This document shows, piece by piece, positions 27,221 through 40,652 of a stretch of 64,000 nt of DNA. The position numbers were made by a program, and so were the translations under genes. Every line of letters begins with the position of its first letter. Within the stretch, counting starts at the first letter, position 1. Source of the DNA: Octopus sinensis (lineage: Eukaryota); assembly GCF_006345805.1 (NCBI RefSeq), contig NC_043003.1, positions 34,906,001 to 34,970,000 on the forward strand, read 5' to 3'. The notes under the pieces are model-generated. The model was not told the origin of the DNA and did no database searches. It saw only the letters and a program-made list of their open reading frames with translations.

Positions 27221-29364
27221 TCATATACAGGCGTAAGCGTGACTCTGTGGTTTCCAAGTTTACGTCATAAAATGTGGTTTCAGTTTCTCTTTCAATGCAC
27301 AGTAGTTCAGCCACTGTTTGATAAATGCTAAATAAGCACAATCAAGTAGAGAGACTTTCTGAAGAAGACATCCTTGCGCACGCCTGCGCGTGCGTATGAC
27401 CTGTGTACATATGTTTGTACTAGTTTCAGAGCAAAAGATATATTTTGAAGTGGAGATGTTGAAGGGAAGTAAAGGTTAGATAGAATAGGAATAAAGAGAT
27501 TTATTGCATTGTGTGGAAGATACTCTAATTCTTCGATTTCTGCTAATTTTCTTTCATTTTAAGAATTATGATGCAATTCATTCTCCATTCTCTCTTGTAG
27601 TAGCATTATTTTCTACATTTTTTTCCCCGTTTTGCTCACGCATTTCATTCCTTCCTTAGTTACTTTCTTTGTATTTCATTCACTCTATTTTCCTTTTCTT
27701 GCTTCTATCTGCGAATGCTATCAGCTCAGTCTGCCTTAAAGCTTCATCGTATATGTTCGTATTCTGACCAATTGGACCAGTTAAGCACGTGCTATATGTG
27801 AGCTGCATGTTGGTGTTTGATTCTTACATTTTGTACGCGTCTGTATTATGCATACAAATGAAACGGCACCGTGTAAGCTTCGCACACAATCGATTAACTA
27901 ACTTCATGTCTAAACTGAGAATTAACTTGAGTATTGGGGATATAAAAGCTTAGTTTTGTTACAAAAATGTTTACCAACCCTTGGTCTTAAAGGGGTTAAT
28001 GGTGTATACATATTTCTTGATCTGTAAGTCGTCCAATGTATTCAGAGGCACTAAATAAGATATGAAGTGGGGGCATAGTTATCTGAAATTTCTAAATACC
28101 GCCATGAGTGTGTGATAGAAATAAAATAACGAGAAGAAAAATGCACTGTATAAGTGAGAAGGTATAATGAGAATGGGAAATGGTAAGGGGAGAGTAAGGT
28201 TAGAGAGTGGGTGAAAATGGAGGAGCGTGAAAGACTAAGTGCGGGAGGGAGAATGTAAAAAAAAGGAGCTCATTAATGAATCTTTCGTGTCCGAGGTATT
28301 GTTTGGAGGGAAGAAGGAAGAATGAAAATAATGAAACATTTCTCAAGAAAATTATCAGACAACATAGCATTAAAACAGAGTGAGAATTATATCTAATTAG
28401 ATTCTGCGAAAACAATGTTCAAAAATCTACCCATAAAAAGACAACTAGAATAATACTAACATTAAAGCTTTGATAACACAATTTAATGTAATTTATAGTT
28501 TTTTCGCTTTCTTTCTCCCTCCTCCTTTCGCACGTACGAATGTTGCCGAAACCGAATATCGTTCAATTTTATACGAAATTAAAGCTCTCTCCGATACAAT
28601 GTTCTTGCCAAAACAAATAAATAAAATAGAATAAAATAAAATAAAATAAAATAAATCAATAAAATAGGGTGCCTTTACAAAATCCATTTATTCATTTAAT
28701 ATTATGTTAGTTGCAAAACAATTCTGAAGCATAAAACAAGAGGGAAAAAAATTGAAAATCATATTTAAAAGTGAAAAATCAGCAAATAAATAACTGACGT
28801 TCTAATGAAGCTTCAAGAAGACCCGATATTAAATAAAGGGAGAGCAGTAGCAGAGAAAAAAAAAATGAACATCAAGAGTTATTTAATAAAGATTGAAAGC
28901 AGTGTGGTCACATGTACAAATCAAACATTTCAACACATGCATAGACCCAATATACCAATAACTTACACATGAACACTGCTCATAATTTCATTTTGGTTCA
29001 ATATCATTCAATAAATCGCTCCCAATAAAGTGTGGATTTGTTAAATCCGTTATCCAAATAACTTCAAATATCATTAAATGTTATGCCTATGTATATTATT
29101 AGTTCATTTCACTCACGCTTCCTAGTGACCTTGCGAGATGCATAGACGTCACAACCTAACATTCAACGAACGTCAAGACCATACTCCGTATCATAATATA
29201 TGTTTGTATGTGTGTCTGTGTGTGTTTTGGGGACTGTGCGTACACATATAAGTATCTCTATCTCTATCACACAATATCTCTCTCTCACTCTCTCTCCATA
29301 GACAAACATAAACATGTATATGTATGTATGTGTGTGTATAGTTTTCTTCTTCCTATTTGTCTGT

Positions 29365-29404
29365 TTATCTACCTACCTACTTACCTACCTACCTAACTAC
29401 CTAC

Positions 29405-29498
<94 letters not shown>

Positions 29499-29596
29499 CT
29501 CTGTCTGTCTGTCTATCTATTTATCTATATGGGTGTCTATTTGCCACCTTGCTTATCTACCTGTCTATCTATCTATCTATCTATCTAGCCATCTAT

Positions 29597-29679
<83 letters not shown>

Positions 29680-29766
29680 CTATCTATCTATCTATCTATC
29701 TCTCTGTCTGTCTGTCTATCTATTTATCTATCTGGGTGTCTATTTGCCACCTTGCTTATCTACCTG

Positions 29767-29837
<71 letters not shown>

Positions 29838-29869
29838 CTATCTCTCTATCTATCTATCTAGCCATCTAT

Positions 29870-29934
<65 letters not shown>

Positions 29935-29948
29935 CATCTACCTATCTC
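29365..29948. repeat. (TATC)n microsatellite with a higher-order duplication
   Basis: Direct reading; the interruption GGGTGTCTATTTGCCACCTTGCTTATCTACCTG occurs twice. Confidence 0.95.
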
Positions 29949-29955
29949 CGTGTGC

Positions 29956-29996
<41 letters not shown>

Positions 29997-30677
29997 ATCT
30001 CTTCACATAGGAAGAGAATTTTTTCCTTCAAGTATGGGTTAATATTCAAAATATGCGAACGAAGGCATAGATATAGACACACTTAATATGGAATATTAAA
30101 TGATAGAGAGACGAGTTTAGATAGATTAAAGATTAAAAAAAAAAAAATTAAAAAATAAACTTAATAACAAAGTGATTGCATGATATCTATTCAATATTAA
30201 AAATATTACGAGAAGAAAAAAGATATTTAAATGTAACGCAATAAAACGCTAAACAATATTAAAGAAATGGAAATACTGTATAGAAAATCATAATATCAAC
30301 ATGAATTGTTGTGTGTATGTGGATACGTAACCGGTTGATGTGTCTGATTGACGCCGAAATTTCGCGTGAGATTAGAAAAACTGTTACTAAGGCGATTACT
30401 GAGCCTCAGATGGAAAAGATCAAAAATATATCGGTATGAGCATATGCAGGATCAGAAGATAAAATAACAAAAGGTAAAGTAATAAAAATGATATGTAAAT
30501 TATGGTATTATGAATAAAAGAAGAAAAGAAAGCTCTGTGTATAAGGTATAACAGATAAGACAAAGTAGGCAAGGTACACAATTTTATAAAATATTGCTCA
30601 TAAACACAATCACACACTTGTAACTCTCGCGATTATACTTTCTTCTCCATCTCTTTCTCTCTAACTCTAACTCACTC

Positions 30678-30708
<31 letters not shown>

Positions 30709-30917
30709 GTATATATGTGTGTGTGCGTGTGTGTATGTGAGTTTGTGTGTGCGTGTGCACATATTTTGCGTCTGTGTATGTAAATACGCTTTTGGTTTGG
30801 TCACACGTGAAATACAGATTCTATAGTTAGTCGACAGCTGATTATTTAATCGTTAACGCCGCTGCCGCCGCCAACCTTCGCGTTGCCGTCACACTACTAC
30901 TACTACTACTACTACTA

Positions 30918-30954
<37 letters not shown>

Positions 30955-30994
30955 TATTTATGCGCAGACATAGACAGAGTGAGAGAGAGATATG

Positions 30995-31072
<78 letters not shown>

Positions 31073-31208
31073 ATAATATATATATATATGTATATGTATA
31101 TGAATATATATATATATATAATGTGTATATATATGTGTGTGTGTATATATATATATATGTGACTTCAGGATTATCACAAGTGTGTGTGCCTGTGTATGTG
31201 TGTTTGTG

Positions 31209-31257
<49 letters not shown>

Positions 31258-32479
31258 GTATGGATGTAAGTATGTATGTATGCATGTATGTATGTATAAC
31301 TACAAACGCACACACACACACACACACACAAATATATATATTTGTGTAATAAATACATATTTTGTTTGTCTTATATGTACCACTCGATATATATCGAAGA
31401 TACCTACACACACATTCGTAATCATTCACTTACGCACGAATACTGATGAAGTTAATTTTTTTTTCCCACAGAGTTACGTGTATAACGCAGCTTTTTCAAT
31501 AGCAGAATGATAATATATATATATATATATAATCCCACAATGATATAGAAATATAGGTAAGACTTTTTGCTGACATTTTTTAACATAGCTTTATTTTATT
31601 TTCCAATCTTCTTTCTGTCTCTCTATCTCTGTCTTTCTTCCTCACACTTGCAATCTCTCACGTCATATCTCTTTCTATCGACTTTTTTTTTTTTTAAACA
31701 GGGTATTATCTAACAGTAATTCTGATATCAACTATTTGATATGGATAATATTGTGTTGTGTCTCGTCCTCCCAAATAACGGTTTGATGTTATATTCCCGA
31801 AGCTCCTTATCTTTCTATTGTTATTTATTTATTTATTTAATCACACTTTTATTATTTTTTTTTTATTTGATTTTCACTGTGGCATTCATCTAGTATCGTT
31901 GATCAATAATTCGTTCCAACCAATCAAATACTCTCAAATGATTCTACATCCAACCCTATCTCATTCTTTTGAAATCCACAACACCATTGGATGCTGCATA
32001 TGTTCAAAGGGATTAATAGCTAAAGGGAAATAGGGGTTCAAAGAGTTAAAACGATCTTTGATAAGCGGCCATAATTGGTTGAGTTTTTACTGTTCGCAGA
32101 GGGTATTGGTTGAGGTTTGCTAGTTTTGTGAATATAAACACCGCTCAGGTTTAGGATATTTTCAGAATCCTTCCTGTCAACTTCGATCACAAGAGACCGG
32201 GATAGCATTCTTTCGTTATTTATTCATTATTGAACATACACATTTCTACCCCCACATGCAAGCACACACACGCAAACACACACAGGCATACGCATGTACA
32301 CATACGCACACCTAAACACACATACACTCACAGAAGTGCACTAGAAATCGAAATAATATGATACAAGCAAACATGTACAAGTATCCATACGCAGTATACG
32401 TAAAATGAAACGTAAATTGTAAACGCTTATGATTCTTTAAACTAAAAGATCGTCTTTTCCACAATTTAAGTAGGCTTTG

Positions 32480-32526
<47 letters not shown>

Positions 32527-33055
32527 TCTCTCACGATCTCTCTCTCCTCTCTCTTTCTCTCTCGCTCTCTCTCCCTCTCTCCCTCTATCTATCTATCTAT
32601 CTATCAATATCTCTCATGTTTTCGCTTCTCTCTCCTTGCCTAGCCCTATCTTTTTCTCTTTCGCTTTTCCATAGAGAGATCACATGTTGTGTGTGTACGC
32701 GTGCGTAAACAAATAAAATATATGGGCCTATGTATATACATACATGTATATCTATCTATCTATCTCTCTCTCTATCTATGGGTGTGTGTGTGTAAAAAAT
32801 TAAATGCATAAATAATTATATATAGCACTTATGCATATAATATTCGCACGATACGTACATTACCTGAGTGGGTTGATAAAAAGCAAAAGGAAAGTGAACG
32901 TAGGCTGAAAAATTACCTTTAATGCTTCAATATTTACATGAACCTCTTTTACTACACTTTTAATGCTTTTACTCCGCCGTTGCAACTACCACCAACACCG
33001 CAGCCACTATTACCACTACAACAATTGATGATGACGATGATGATCATGACGATAA

Positions 33056-33754
33056 ATTCCTTTATTGGTCACATGTGTCTCAGTAGCAAACAAGAACAAT
33101 GAGTAATTTGCGTCGAGTAAAACGGTGATATCAAACACAAAGGAGGCATTAATAAATAGGTAATATTAAATAGAACTAATAGCATACTACAATAGAAAAA
33201 CAAAAAAAGGTTTCCAAAATGAGGGAGCAACTACAAAATTTGATCCGGATGTCTCTGTACACAGTTCTGGATAATTCAGACGTACCTAATTCAATACTTT
33301 CTCCAAGTTCTAAGCGCCAATTCTCGACGAGTTTTTATTGTAGCTTCATTTAGCCATACCAGTTTTGCTACAAGTATTTACTTTTCATACAATTTACTAG
33401 AGAGTAGCAACCTTACTCACTAGCCACATCTTTGTCTTCAAGAGCTTTTCAAAATTTTGTATGTGTTAACCCCGAGAGAAAATGCTCTGTCCTAACGCCT
33501 TTCTATCAAGTCCATTGCATCAATTCTTTTGTGATAACCACTAGACAGAGGATAATTATTCTCTTTTTGTTGCTCAAACAAGGCTGATGTTCGTTCTTCT
33601 CCATACACGAAACAGTCAGCCGGATCTATCTCGCAAATGATAAAACTTCCTCGACACAAACTCACGTGTCAGCTACACCCAGACAGTGAACGAGTTTGAG
33701 CTGGATAGTTTCGCATCCCTCTGTATATCTCTTGCAGATTCGCTTACCGACCCT
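33056..33754 (-). mobile_element. Older, more degenerate L1/Tx1-clade LINE 3' fragment
   Basis: KRICKRYTEGCETIQLKLVHCLGVADT aligns with SRTCLRCAQDDETVLHTLVQCPSIADL of the 841-1731 copy. The 3' end TGTGACCAATAAAGGAA resembles TGTGGTTAATAAAGAA. Confidence 0.65.
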
Positions 33755-33775
33755 AATAATAACATACATAGGAAT

Positions 33776-34167
33776 AAGACGGCGAGCTGGCAGAAACGTT
33801 AGCATGCCGGGCGAAATGCTTAGCGGTATTTTGTCTGAGTTCAAATTCCGCCGAGGTCGACTTTGCCTTTCATCCTTTCGGGGTCGATTACATAAGTACC
33901 AGTTACGCACTGGGGTCGATATAATCGACTTAATCTATTTGTCTGTCCGTGTTTGTCCTCTCTGTGTTTAGTCCCTTGTGGGTAGTAAAGAAATAGGTAT
34001 TTCGTCTGCCGCTACGTTCTGAGTTCAAATTCCGCCAAGGTCGACTTTATCTTTCATCCTTTCGGGGTCGATAAATTAAGTACCAGCTGCGTACTAGGTC
34101 GATGTAATCGATCGGCCCCACTTCCAACAAAAAATTTCGGACCTTGTGCTTAGAGTAGAAAAGAATA
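33776..34167 (+). mobile_element. Nested SINE family B: tail-1 copy (33838-33995) inside a tail-2 copy
   Basis: One head, two cores and two different tails. GGTATTT(T/C)GTCTG is duplicated at 33825-33837 and 33996-34008. Confidence 0.85.
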
Positions 34168-34174
34168 ACTTATA

Positions 34175-34630
34175 CATAAGAACGTTGCTATAGTCATACA
34201 TTGGCAAGTCCGTATAAAATAAAGAATTAAACTTATGTCTGTAGAAAAAAAACACACCCGTAAAATGGCCATGTAAATGGTCATTTATGAAATATAAAAC
34301 TGCAAAAGCTAAGCAAATAAACATTCACGTCCAGATATTGCCGTACTGAAATAAGAGGAAAGGGTAAGCTGCTTATTTGACGTTGTGTATCCGTCTGATG
34401 CAAGAATGATAGAAAAAGAAAGTGAGAAAATAGAAAATACCAGGACCGTGAAAATACTATCTAAATTGAAATAGAAGGTTACGGACTATTTTCAAGAAAT
34501 TTGAACAGTTTGTTGCGGATAATGTATATCGAGAAAAATCCCCGATTCTATTGAATACCTGTTTCGTTGGCACAGACAAAATTATAAGAAAATTGCTAGA
34601 TTATAAGAAAGTGACTAAGGCGGCTTGATG
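34175..34630 (+). mobile_element. R4/Dong-like non-LTR retrotransposon fossil (restriction-like endonuclease domain)
   Basis: Translates to HKNVAIVIHWQ, then HSRPDIAVLK*EERVSCLFDVVYPSDARMIEKESEKIE(KYQD after a frameshift), then TCFVGTDKIIRKLLD. These match the RHD/RPDI/KxxKY/GTAxIxR motifs of RLE elements. Confidence 0.8.
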
Positions 34631-34702
34631 TGTACCTGCAAAACAACACAAAACATTAACGGAATGCTGATTAAAACATTATACCATTACTATGACATTA
34701 TA

Positions 34703-34862
34703 CCATCATCATCGTCATCATTATCTGTCTCCTCCTCCTCCTCCTCATCATCATCACCATCATCATCGTCATCATCATCGTCATCATTATCTGTCTCCTC
34801 CTCCTCCTCCTCATCATCATCACCATCATCATCGTCATCATCATCGTCATTATCATCATCAT
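34703..34862. repeat. (CAT)n/(CCT)n repeat with a 66-bp higher-order unit
   Basis: TTATCTGTCT occurs at 34721 and 34787. Confidence 0.9.
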
Positions 34863-35404
34863 TAAATTGCACAGTACGGATATGAATTACTGGGTTTTTA
34901 TGTTTTTGTTTTGTTTTTGTTTCTTCACCCCCATCTGTCAAGCTATAACAAAAGACCTTAGTCACAGAGTGCCCTTCAAAGAATATAATCAGTTTCAAGG
35001 AAGGAAACTTTAGGAGCACTCGCATGTCTGACTATGTACTACGATATATGTTTTGGGGAAAATTGAACAATTATACTTAACTCATAACTGGTGCAACTTC
35101 CCATTTTGCTATTGGTGGGAGTGGGGGGAGTCCTTACAATCTTGATATCTTTAACTTTAATTCAGCATATTTTGATATTTTTACTACTTTTTCCTCTCCA
35201 ATCCAACATAGAAGTTTGTTTCATGGTATCTACAGCAATATAGTTTACTCTAACAGAACCTCTACGTTTAAATGGGGATAAATATTACCGCTCGGCGTTA
35301 ATATTACCTCTGTTGCTAATAGATATTTTCTAAGTATTTTGTCTGAATGGATGTATATGACGAGGGATTCTATATTTTATGTCATGGACAATGATATCTG
35401 CATT

Positions 35405-35441
35405 CCACCTCCTCCTCCTCCTCCTCCTCCTCCTCCTCCTC

Positions 35442-35499
<58 letters not shown>

Positions 35500-35581
35500 C
35501 ACCACCACCACCACCACCACCACCACCACTACTACTACTACCACCACCACCACCACTACTACTACCACCACTACTACTACT

Positions 35582-35663
<82 letters not shown>
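35405..35663. repeat. Compound (CCT)n-(ACT)n-(ACC)n microsatellite
   Basis: Direct reading. Confidence 0.95.
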
Positions 35664-36376
35664 TTCATGCTGCGTTCTCGTAGCTGCTATTATTTCATAA
35701 TAACAACTATAACGATTTTGACATTGGCAAGACCACTCATTTCTAAAGAAAGGAAACAGAAGATATTGTTGGCATTGATTCACGAATAGCATATATTCTA
35801 CCGACTCTGGAGGGAGGAAATATCATAGTGAACCTGATGGGATTTGAACTCGGAAAATTTCAGCAATCTTCTTTATTGGGGCAATTCCACTAAGCTAATA
35901 TTTAATTGAAAAAAGGAAATGAGAGTATACAGTATGCACACATTTTGCAAGTGCAATATTACTGCAAGAATAACAATAAAGACATTAAGATAGGATACTG
36001 AAAGAATTGATAATACACGTTGGGATGCAGGATAATTCAATCTATATTTGTACACATTGTGAAATATCCAAGAAGCTTACCTAATGCCGATGACTCATCT
36101 TCAGAACTACGTGTACCGTATTTAAACATTGCAACTGACACAACATAACTATACTTAACAGGCCATTGACAAGAAACACGACAGCCTCTCCCCGTGTTGC
36201 CTACTAACAGCAGATACTTCGAACAACAGTTTCCTAGAAATCAATGAAATTGCCTATCTTTACAGAGAGAAGCATTTTTCCTTTGTTCTTGTCACTGCGA
36301 TAAAATTTATAGAATTATATGTGATGTGCAGTTGATATATATATATACACATATATATATGTGTGTGTGTGTGTTT

Positions 36377-36407
<31 letters not shown>

Positions 36408-37461
36408 CGTGAGCCCATGTGTAAGTGAATGCGTGTTTCTATCTGTGTGTGGTATTTCAGAGGATGGGATGTAAAAGAGGAATGGCTCTGTGATAGATTT
36501 CAGGGAGAAAAGAGCGTATTTGGTAGTTGCGGAGATGGCACAGCATAAAGGTTACCGCCACATTTTCCTCGAGTTCAGACTGAATGATTACTCAATACTT
36601 TTTAGTAGTGTACATGATTCTTAATATTTTAGAAGGTGAAAGTTTGACTCGACTTTAATTTGTTGACTTGCTTGCCTTTCTCAAACAGTCTGAGGGAGAT
36701 AGCAAACTGAACGTTCGAAGTAACTATCAACCTATTTGTTGTACACGTGTTCCATCACACATACATAAGTGCGTATGCATATATAGATATATGCACGTAG
36801 TGATACATGTGCACAAGCACACACACCTGAACACACACATACAGACACACGCGCACACAAGTACTTATATGTGGATAAGTGACGCGTTTCCTATCTCCAT
36901 TTGTCTGCGGGTATCGTGGTAATTGCTTTCTCATAGTAAAGGCTTTCCAAAGCATGCGTTTGATGAGGCTTTCCATTTACTCAAAGAGGAGTACGGCCTG
37001 GAGATTCCCGGTTGGTATTTCTATATTCTTCAAAGAATAAAGGAACGGTGGTGCTCTCCATCTCCAACTGCGTATTCTCAGTTTGTAGATAAATTTCAAC
37101 AGAATTAGACAGAGTATACCATTATGTTAACTAACGGAAGAGAAGATTAGTCAATACATACTAGAGAGTTTATATTTATTGAGAAACAGTTAATGATTCA
37201 TTCTTTTGTCATCCAGAGTTAGACAATATATAATGAATAAAACTGGCGCAATCTGCAAAATACTGGGTACATGTATATACTCTATTATTGCATGAAGAAG
37301 AATCCAATTTGTAAATTGTACAAATATATATATGTGTGTGTGTGTGTGTATGCGTGCAAGCTTATGTAGACACCACACACACACATACTTGTGCATACAT
37401 ATTTATTCGGTAACTGTGCACATATGTATCTCACAGTATTTTAAACTGAAAGTGCTCGCCG

Positions 37462-37736
37462 TATTATTTTACTTTCTTTTACTTGTTTCAGTCCTTGGAG
37501 TGCGGCCATACTGGAGTATCGCGTTGAATGGATTTAGTCAAACAAATCGACCCCAGGACTTACTTTTTAAAACTAGTAATTATTCTCTCGGTCTCTTTTG
37601 TGGAACCACTAAGCTACGGGGACGTCAACACACCAACATCTGTTGTAGATAACACTAGTCCAAGTTGCCATACAGTGCGACTGAGCCCAGAACCATATGA
37701 CTGGGTAGCAAGCTCCTTATCACACAGCCATGTCTG
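37462..37736 (-). mobile_element. SINE family A, internally deleted
   Basis: Contains the tail (TACTTGTTTCAGTC...GCGGCCATACTGGAG) and the head (CACACAGCCA) but lacks the middle section. Confidence 0.8.
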
Positions 37737-38094
37737 TTCATAAAAATGATGATTTGAAATACATTAAGTCTACACACTGAAGGATTAAACAAAAAGATCG
37801 CTAACTTTGAAGTGTAACATAAACGAAATATGCTATATTACCTCGTATTATTTTAAATATTGCTATAGGATGCTATATCTCTTCAGATTGCTTATAATGA
37901 GCAGAATGCCATTGTGGTGAGCAGTATAACAATCTCAGTCACGTGGGATTAGACGTGTAAAACTGCTCAGAATAAGGTAATGTACTGAAAAAGATACACT
38001 TTAGTACCTAGTTAGACGGAATTAAAAAATTACCTTAAAATTCTTAGTGGCAGACATATTCAGTTTTAAGAAGGAAGCATACTTATATATATAT

Positions 38095-38155
<61 letters not shown>

Positions 38156-38460
38156 GTGTGTGTGTGTATACACATCCATCCATCCATCCATCCATCCATC
38201 CATCCATTCATCCATACATCCATATATATATATATATAATATATATATATATATTATATATATATACATATATATATGTGTGTGTATGTATATATGTATA
38301 TATATCATACCAAGCACTTTTACTTTATGTGAGGATTTTCTGAGCCGTCCTGATTTCCAGTCGTCCTTCTACTTAATTTTTATATCTAACACTTTTCTGT
38401 CAATACATGGACACCGATAATACTCATCTTTTTGTCTCTCTCTGGCTCTCTCCCTCTTTC

Positions 38461-38503
<43 letters not shown>

Positions 38504-38927
38504 TCTCTTTCTTTGAACTATTTATGCATCACTTTTCCTTTGTGTTACTAGTGCCCAAATTTCAAAACAAAATTATTAATACTGATGATGTTCTTTGAAA
38601 ATGTTCTGTTTTCGACTACCAATGCATTGCATTCATTCCCCACCCTATAATCGTCACATTTTTCTTTCATTACCTGCCGCTATTAGGCTCACTTTCATTA
38701 CATTCCTTTCTTAGATTTCTATCAGTATCATTCTCTTCCCTTCCAGTAATAATTTTCTCCACATTTTCACCTATTACTCTTTTTACCATTTGCATTCCCC
38801 ACCATTCTCTCTTTCAAACTCTCTGTTCTTCCTCTCTCACTCTTTTATTTTTTTGACTATCCTTGTTCTTTTCTTTCTCTCTGTTATTCTCTTTCCTCGG
38901 TTACAAAGATTTATCTGATTGATAATC

Positions 38928-39140
38928 GAGGCAACGATCTGGCAGATCCGTTAGCGTGCCGGCAAAATGCTTAGCGATATTTTGTCGCTGAGCTCTGAGT
39001 TCAAATTTCGTCATGGTTGACTTTGTCTTCCATAATTTCGAGGTTGGTAAAATAAGTATGATTTGAGACCTAGTGGTCAATGTATTTGACTTAACCACTC
39101 CTACGAGATTTCTGGCATTGTGCCCAAATTTTAAAATCAA
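38928..39140 (+). mobile_element. SINE family B, tail type 2, diverged
   Basis: GAGGCAACGATCTGGCAGATCCGTTAGC...GAGTTCAAATTTCG...GTTGACTTTGTCTTCCAT...CTGGCATTGTGCC. Confidence 0.85.
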
Positions 39141-40115
39141 TATTTATCTCATAATCATTCTATAATTGTTTTATATATATATTTTATTTTTACGTTCTGA
39201 AAATTTCACTAATGCATTGTCTTTATATACCGTTACTCGCAATATCTCAGATTCTGTAACTTCATTCATACATTTATTCATTCATTAATTCATTCGTTCA
39301 TTCATTCATTCATTTACTCATGCAATCATCGATTTCAATGCATCTTACCCAGCCCACTATTTTACAATCTATCCTAACCTTCTCTTCAAAAAGTATACAG
39401 AGAACACTTCTTCAAATAAGTTGAATGTTATTGGACTATTCGTAATTAGTATTATTTATCATTAGCTCTGACTTCAAATACTGTTACGTCGTCCATGTCT
39501 CTTCCAGAACATTAAGGAAGTAAATGAAGTGAAACCGTTCCAATTGGGAGCTAAAATGAAGGTATTATCTCAAGCTAGTGACAGATTATCACCATTTCCA
39601 CTTTACTCACCAGGATTTCTTTTTCTTTTATTTTACCAACTATTCTCCATTTTACTCGTTCTGTATATTTTTTAAACTTTTGACTGTCTAGTTCACTACT
39701 CTTCACCTTCACTTCAGTGTCTCTATAGATACAGGCAAAATGACTGGTCACACATTTAGCAGCGTTAAGTACATCAAATAATAAGAGTTCCGGATAGTGG
39801 AGAAAGTTACGGTCATTTTTCAAGTCATTTAAACACATATCTTGAATCTCGATGCACCGACGTCATTTTTCCTTTTTCTCTTGCTTATTACAGCTTCACA
39901 ATGCATATATTTATGTATATGTAGTCAGGTTAAATAAACGAACATTAAAAATAACAATAACAAACAACAAGTGGATGTATTAGTTTGACGCTTGGTAACG
40001 AGAGAGAGTGATTGACGTTTCGAGTACAGCACTTCGTCGGAGAGGGGAAGGAAAAAGTCCAAAGAGGAAAACAACCACAAACAGTACGTGCGTAGTTACA
40101 ATCTCTATTCCCCCC

Positions 40116-40164
<49 letters not shown>

Positions 40165-40226
40165 AAGAGTAAAGAGTATATGTGTGTATTTGTTCGTGTG
40201 TGTATGCGTGCGTGTTTGTGTATGGT

Positions 40227-40652
40227 GGACTCACGTGAGTTTGTGTGTAAGAAGTTTGTTTCCCAACCACATAATTCCTGGTACAGTCTCACACCGTGGC
40301 ACCTTGAGCAACAATCTTCTGCCATAGTACCGGGCCCACCAAAGTCTTGTAATTTGATTTGGTAGACGGAATCTGAAAGAAGTACGTCAAATTCATATGT
40401 ATAAATCTATATATGTCTGTTCCTTTCTGTTTCTGTTTCGTCCTACCACCGCCTCCACCAGCACTATTTGACAGCCTGTGTCATATTTTCTTTAAACCCA
40501 GTTGCTTAGTGATTCGGCAAATTTTACTGATAGCATAAGTATCAGACTTCAGAAATAAATACTGGGGGTCAGTTAATTCGACTAAACCCCTTTCATGGCG
40601 ATTCCTCAGCATTGATGTAGTCCAATGAGACTGAAACGAGTAAAAGATAAAA
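40227..40652 (+). mobile_element. SINE family A, near full length, diverged
   Basis: Runs from head (TAAGAAGTTTGTTTCCCAACCACAT) to tail (GACTGAAACGAGTAAAAGATAAAA). Confidence 0.85.

Noticed and set aside
36923-37108. 61-aa ORF with protein-like composition (AFDEAFHLLKEEYGLEIPG)
   Set aside because: No recognisable family, non-ATG start and weak splice donor.
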